In this document: in pieces, positions 58,170 through 64,000 of the stretch
Layout of the letters: every line of letters begins with the position of its first letter
Position numbering within the stretch: position 1 is the first letter of the stretch
Source of the DNA: Chiloscyllium plagiosum
Taxonomy: Eukaryota
Length of the DNA stretch: 64,000 nt
Assembly: GCF_004010195.1 (NCBI RefSeq)
Contig: NC_057718.1
Span: forward strand, 46,093,897-46,157,896
Reading direction: 5' to 3'
Translations under genes and position numbers: made by a program
Notes under the pieces: generated by a model
The model's database searches: none
What the model saw: only the letters and a program-made list of their open reading frames with translations
Told to the model about the DNA's origin: nothing

Positions 58170-59435
58170 TTAAAAGTGGCACTGCCTGCTTATTGGAAAG
58201 CAAGTACATATCAGAGTCAGGGAAAAGAAAAGTGGAGGAATTCCCAATCCAGCAACTTATCCAAAACTCAATCCTATTTGTAGCAGAATCTCCCAGAAGT
58301 AGATCAGCTTTAGAAGTCATAGTCATACTATCAACCACTACAAATGACCAACATGGTCTTGTTCACCTTGAAGGATGAAGAAAACTAGTGAGCTCTTGGT
58401 AAAGCTGCTTAGTGAAACCTTCTGACTCCCTGTGGGCACAAGGGTCCTACTCATCAGGAATTCTGCGACCCAAGAAGATACTCAATGACACAAAGGCCGA
58501 CCTTGCAGCAACATTGTTCCTGTCTACATGACCTCACTCACCCCCACTCGTCCATCAGGTCTGATAAGTCCCAGTGACCTTGTCACACATACCTCGCTGA
58601 GATGCCAACATCCATTGATAAATCTCAGGGTTAGGTGGAGTCAAGCAGTGGCCATCTCTTAGGGTGGTATGGCTGGCACTGATGAGCTGTCAGCACTCCA
58701 ATTGGTCAGCAGTAACTGGAAGCCGGTTCTTGTCCCTTAAAGTGGCTGGAAGCCGGATGACAGCTCATCAATGGTTGGATTAATCTGAAATTATCACTGA
58801 CTTTTTTGCCATCTTAGTCACTGATTCTTTCTGCAAATTTAGAATTGTCAGAAAGGTACAGAAAACTTCAGTGGCAGAGACTGCTATACTCAGTCTGTTT
58901 GACACTCTGAAATTAATTATTTCTGCAGCACAGAGACAGAGCTTTGAAGGATATGTGTGTTAAATGGGATGTGAACTATATGGTGTCATCACCATGTTAC
59001 CCCAGTTCAAATGGTACACATCACTACATTTCTTCTCCTGAAGCATAGGACAATGAAGCAAGATTTTTACATTGTCATGCTACACCTCAGAGTCACAGAT
59101 CTGGATATGCAGCTTTCATCAGCTGCAGAGATAAGATTCAGAAGATAAATGAGAATGGGTTTTGCAGAACCAGCACCACGATGCTGAATACAGTCTTGAC
59201 AAACAAGGAAGAATGAAGATGGTACATATCTGGCATATAGGTGCAGGATGAACTCACCAGCAATCAAACAAATGGTCAGAATCACACACCCAACAATCTG
59301 AAAATCGATAACCACAAAAGTTACCAAACCTCATCGGAAGTCCAGGTCTTATGAAGTCATGACACCCAATGAAGCAAAGCTGAGGAGGAATAGAAGCCAA
59401 AGGTATATCCAGACTTCAGGTGAATTTCTCCAATT

Positions 59436-60460
59436 TGTTATGGTTCCTGATGGGGTAGCTCAAACACTTTAAGCTTCCAGCTCCCCTTTTTTATTCACCC
59501 ACCCCTTCAGTTGGTTGCAACAAGATTAATTTAGAAAGGATCCCTACCATTGTCACAACCTTTCTCCCAGATCTAAACTTTAAAAATAGCCAACTTAATC
59601 AGGCTTTCTTGAGTTACAAAGACAGACTTTATTAATTGGACACAAGAAGAATTAATAATGAAACATAAGTTTAAAATAAGAAGTGAGTCCAAAAGAACAA
59701 AAGGTTAAAAAACAGCTGTAAAGATCAGTCTCTGAGTTGCTTGCAAGGAGCAGGTTGTTGACTAGTGTAGCTATTGCATTGGAGGTTACTGGCAGCATTG
59801 ACAAGGGTAGTTGAACAGTCACCTTCATGATCTTTAGTTTCGCAGGTTGGTTGAGGTTCTGTATTTTTGATTCTTTTTGACCGTGACTCAATTCCAACAT
59901 TCAGGATAAGTGAGAGTCCTTTTTGTTATCCCAACCTTGGTTGGCAGCATTCAGAGTGAAAGAATGCCCTTACCTGTAGCACTGGGGAACTAGGGTTTAG
60001 ATATTTGACTGTGACTTTCACAGCATGGTAATGCTCAATCCCAAACTTTTACACATGACCATGTTCAGTCCCACTGGGACATTCCAGTACTGTTGAAACT
60101 GGCTTTGTTTAAACGTTTAGACTGTGTATTCTGACAATGGAGAAACACAAAATGTGTATGCAGTTTAGGCCATAATATGCAAGGGATTGCTTGTTGTTGA
60201 CCAGGGTGATCATCAGCTCCTAATTATCTTTTGTAGTCACAAAAGATCACAGTCAGTCTGACCTGTTTGGAGCTTCTTTAACACTTTCAGGTGTTACATC
60301 CCAGCAGGCCCACACAGAATTATCCTCAATTCATGCCTAAAGTTATTTTGTCTCTGTAGCAGTCCTCTTTTAAGGAACACATTTTGAAACTACAAGTTGA
60401 AAATGGCCACCCTACTTTGTAGTTCTGACTTATGGCCATTGCACCAGCTAATTGTGCACA
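59436..60460. mobile_element. Candidate LTR-like element (right boundary uncertain)
   Basis: Starts TGTTATGG. The first 200 bp or so are homologous to 39905-40158, and TTTATT (antisense polyA signal) lies near 59630. Confidence 0.4.
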
Positions 60461-62185
60461 GTAAAAGTGAAAGAGTACAGCCAGATGATAACAGTATGTT
60501 AGAACAGCATGATAACATTAAACATATGAACAACACCTAGAGACATAGAAATGTACAGCATGGAAATAGATCCTTTGGTCCAACTCGCCCATGCCCCACC
60601 AGATACCCCAAACCAAGCTAGTTCCATTGCCAGCACCTGGCCGATATCCCTCCAAACCCTTCCTATTCATATACCCATCCAAATGCTTTTTAAATATTAC
60701 AATTGTACCAGCTTCCACCACTTCCTCTGGCAGCTTATTCCAGACACGTACCACCGTCTGTGTGAAAGAGTTGCCCCTTATCTCTCTTTTATATCTTTCC
60801 CCTCTCACCCTAAACCTATGCCCTCTAGTTCTGGACTCACCACCCCAGGGAAAAGACTTTGTCTATTTATGCTATCCATGCCCCTCATGATTATATAAAT
60901 CTCTATAAGGTCACCCCTCAGCCTCCGACTCTCCAGGGAAAACAGCCCCAGCCTATTCAACCTCTCGCTATATCTTGCAACCCTGGCAACATCCTTGCAA
61001 ATCTTTTCTGTGCCCTTTCAAGTTTCACAACATCTTTCTGATAGGAAGGAGACCAGAATTGCATGCAATATTCCAACAGTGGCCTAACCAATGTCCTGTA
61101 CAGCAGCAACATGACCTCCCAACTCCTGTAGTCAATGCTGTGACCAATAAAGGAAAGCATACCAAATGCCTTCTTCGCTATCCTATCCACCTGCGACTCC
61201 ACTTTCAAGGGGCTATGAACCTGCATTCCAAGGTCTCTTTGTTCAGCCACACTCCCTAGGACCTTACCATTAAGTGTATAAGCCCTGCTAAGATTTGCTT
61301 TCACAAAACACAGCACCTCACATTTATCTAAATTAAATTCCATCTGCCACTTCTCAGCCCATTGGCCCATCTGATCAAGATCCCGTTGTAATCTGAGGTG
61401 CCCTTCTTCGCTGTCCACTACACCTCCAATTTTGGTGTAATTTGCAAACTTATTAACTATACCTCTTAAGCTCACATCCAAATCATTTATATAAATGACG
61501 AAAAGTACTGATCCTTGCACACTCCACTGCTCACAGGCCTCCAGTCTGAAAAACAACCCTCCACCACCACTCTCTGTCTTCTACCTTTGAGCCGGTTCTG
61601 TATCCAAATGGCTAGTTCTCACTGTATTCCATGAGATCTAACCTTGCTAACCAGTCTTTGGTGGGGAACCTTGTCGAATGTCTAACTGAAGTCCATATAG
61701 ATCACATCTACCTCTCTGCCCTCATCAATCCTCTTTGTTACTTCTTCACAAACCTCAATCAAGTTTGTGAGACATGATTTCCCAAGCTCAAAGCCATGTT
61801 GACTATCCCTAATCAGTCCTTGCCTTTCCAAATACATGTACATCCTGTCCCTCAGGATTCCCTCCAACAACCTGCCCACTGCTGATGTCAGGTTCACTGG
61901 ACTATAATTCCCTTGCCTGTCCTTACCACCTTCCTTAATCATTGGCACCATTTTAGCCAACCTCCAGTCTTCCAGCACCTCACCTGTGACTATCGATGAT
62001 ACAAATATCTCAGCAAGAGGCTCAGCAATCACTCCCTAGCTTCCCACAGAGTTCTGGGGTACACCTGATCAGGTCCTGATTTATCCACTTTTATACATTT
62101 CAAGACATCCAGTACTTCCTCCTCTGTAATATGGACATTTTTCAAGATGTCACCATCTATTTCCCTACATTCTACACTATCCATT

Positions 62186-62480
62186 GGGATGGCACGGTGG
62201 CTCAGTGGTTAGCACTACTGCCTCACAGCACCAGGGTCCCAGGTTTGATTCCAGCCTCAGGAGACTGTCTGTGTGGAGTTTGCACATTCTCCCTGTGTCT
62301 GTGTGGGTTTCTTCCCACAGTCCAAAGATGTGCAGGTCAGGTGAATTGGTCATGTTAAATTGCCCATAGTGTTAGATGCATTAGTCAGAGGGAAATGGGT
62401 CTGTGTGGGTTACTCTGCAGAGGGTTGGTGTGGATTTGTTGGGCCGAAGGGTCTGTTTCCACACAGTATGGAATGTAATC
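62186..62480 (+). mobile_element. HE1-type SINE nested in the CR1
   Basis: GGCACGGTGGCTCAGTGGTTAGCACTACTGCC...GGTTTGATTCC head; tail GGGCCGAAGGGTCTGTTTCCACAC. Confidence 0.93.
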
Positions 62481-62934
62481 TGCAATCCTCACTTTCTCCT
62501 CGATGATCTTTGAGGGGCCCTATTCTCTTCCTAGTTACCCTTTTGTCTTTAATGTATTTGTAAAAACCCTTTGGACTCTCCTTAACTCTATTTGCCAAAG
62601 CTACCTCATGTCTCCTTTTTGCCCTCCTGATTTCTCTTAAGTCTACTCCTACTGCCTTTATACACTTCTAAGGATTCACTCGATCTATTCTGTCTATACC
62701 TGACATATACTTCCTTCTTTTTCTTAAACAAACCCTCAATTTCTTTAGTCATCCAGCATTCCCTATACCTACCAGCCTTTCCTTTCACCCTGGCAGGAAT
62801 ATACTTTCTCCGGACTCTCGTTACCTCATTTCTGAAGGCTTCCCATTTTCCAGCCGTCCCTTTACCTGCGAACATCTGCCCCAATCAGCTTTCGAAAGCT
62901 CTTGCCTAATACCGTCAAAATTAGCCTTTCTCCA

Positions 62935-63257
62935 ATTAGATTAGATTAGATTACTTACTTACAGTGTGGAAACAGGCCCTTCGGCCCAACAAGTCCACAC
63001 CGCACCACCGAAGCGCAACCCACCCATACCCCTACATGTACCCCTTACCTAACACTACGGGAAATTTAGCATGGCCAATTCACCTGACCTGCACATCTTT
63101 GGACTGTGGGAGGAAACCGGAGCACCCGGAGGAAACCCACGCAGACACGGGGAGAACGTGCAAACTCCACACAGTCAGTCGCCTGAGGCGGGAATTGAAC
63201 CCGGGTCTCTGGCGCTGTGAGGCAGCAGTGCTAACCACTGTGCCACCGTGCCGCCCC
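62935..63257 (-). mobile_element. Young full-length HE1-type SINE nested in the CR1
   Basis: GGGGCGGCACGGTGGCACAGTGGTTAGCACTGCTGCC...GGGTTCAATTCCCGCC; CpGs retained; (TCTAA)n tail. Confidence 0.96.
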
Positions 63258-64000
63258 ACATTTAGAGCTTCAACTTTTAGATCTGGTCTATCCTTTTCCA
63301 TCACCATTTTAAAACTAATAGAATTATGGTCGCTGGCCCCAAAGTGCTCCGCCACTGACACCTCAGTCACCTGCGTTGCCTTATTTCCGAAGAGTAGGTC
63401 AAGTTTTGCACCTTCTCTAGTCGGTACATCCACATACTGAATCAGAAAATTGTCTTGTACACACTTAACAAATTCCTCTCCATCTAAACCCTTAACACTA
63501 TGGCAGTCCTGGTCTATGTTTGGAAAGTTAAAATCCCCGACCATAACCACCCATTTATTCTTACAGATAACTGAGATCTCCTTACAAATTTGTTTCTCAA
63601 TTTCCCTCTGATGATTAGGGGGTCTATAATACAATCCCAATAAGGTGATCATCCCTTTCTTATTTCTCTGTTCCACCCAAATAACTTCCCTGGATGTATT
63701 TCTCCCTCAGTACAGGAAGATGAATATCCTCCCTCAGTGCAGCTGTAATGCTATCCCTTATCAAAAACATCACTCCCCCTCCTCTCTTGCCTCCCTTTCT
63801 GCGCTTCCTGTAACCTTTGTATCCGGGAACATTAAACTGCCAGTCCTGCCCATCCCTGAGCCATGTTTCTGTAATTGATATCCCAGTCCCATGTTCCTAA
63901 CCACGCCCTAAATTCATCTGCATTCCCTGTTAGGTCTCTTGCATTGAAGTAAACGCAGTTTAATTTATCAGGCCTACTTTGTTCTCTGCTTTGTCCCTGC

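Larger units (their letters stand above)
60538..64000 (-). mobile_element. Long CR1/HER1-type LINE (APE endonuclease, linker, RT, 3' tail), decayed, continues beyond window end
   Basis: Endonuclease: LLGLYYRPPN...VVMVGDFNFPNID...PTREGAKLDLLFGN...GASDHNSISF. RT: DWRLA...NYSPVNLTS...SQHGF..GKSCLTNLIE...VDVIYMDFS; QGSVL.VIYINDL...KFANYTKIGG. Multiple stops and frameshifts. Confidence 0.97.

Noticed and set aside
63190..63257. tRNA gene (also at the other A/B-box sites)
   Set aside because: The A and B boxes are heads of HE1 SINEs, continuous with the SINE body and LINE-like tail, and no full cloverleaf is evident.
60538..64000. Active LINE or intact reverse transcriptase gene
   Set aside because: Multiple stops and frameshifts, the catalytic FADD motif reads FANY, and two SINEs are inserted.
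1..64000. Prokaryotic-type novel system (defence island, operon, retron)
   Set aside because: No gene-dense or operon-like structure; all RT, nuclease and transposase remnants belong to known eukaryotic TE classes.

Overview
Vertebrate nuclear DNA, almost certainly from a shark or other elasmobranch. That assignment is an inference from the repeat content: HE1-type tRNA-derived SINEs, HER1/CR1-type LINEs and a SacSINE1-like DeuSINE. I could not identify any host protein-coding exon or intact gene, so the window reads as intronic or intergenic. It holds layered transposable-element relics: many CR1 LINE copies (the longest, 60.5-64 kb, has endonuclease and RT remnants), at least 8 HE1 SINEs, an old Ty3/Gypsy gag-pro-pol relic with LTR-like pieces, PIF/Harbinger transposase and Myb/SANT relics, and L2-like pieces. 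There are three N gaps. The most striking signal is a set of Penelope-like element (PLE) insertions from about four families, many reduced to short fold-back cassettes. They carry minimal hammerhead-ribozyme cores (CUGANGA...GAAA-NN-UH) and are flanked by 9-17 bp target-site duplications (TSDs). The cassette at 47.3 kb has intact cores on both strands. Two inverted, locally templated insertions (6.3 kb and 52.5 kb) record template-switch repair. Several repeat-free, motif-rich blocks are candidate conserved non-coding elements. All family assignments come from motif recognition by eye, and the boundaries of old relics are approximate.
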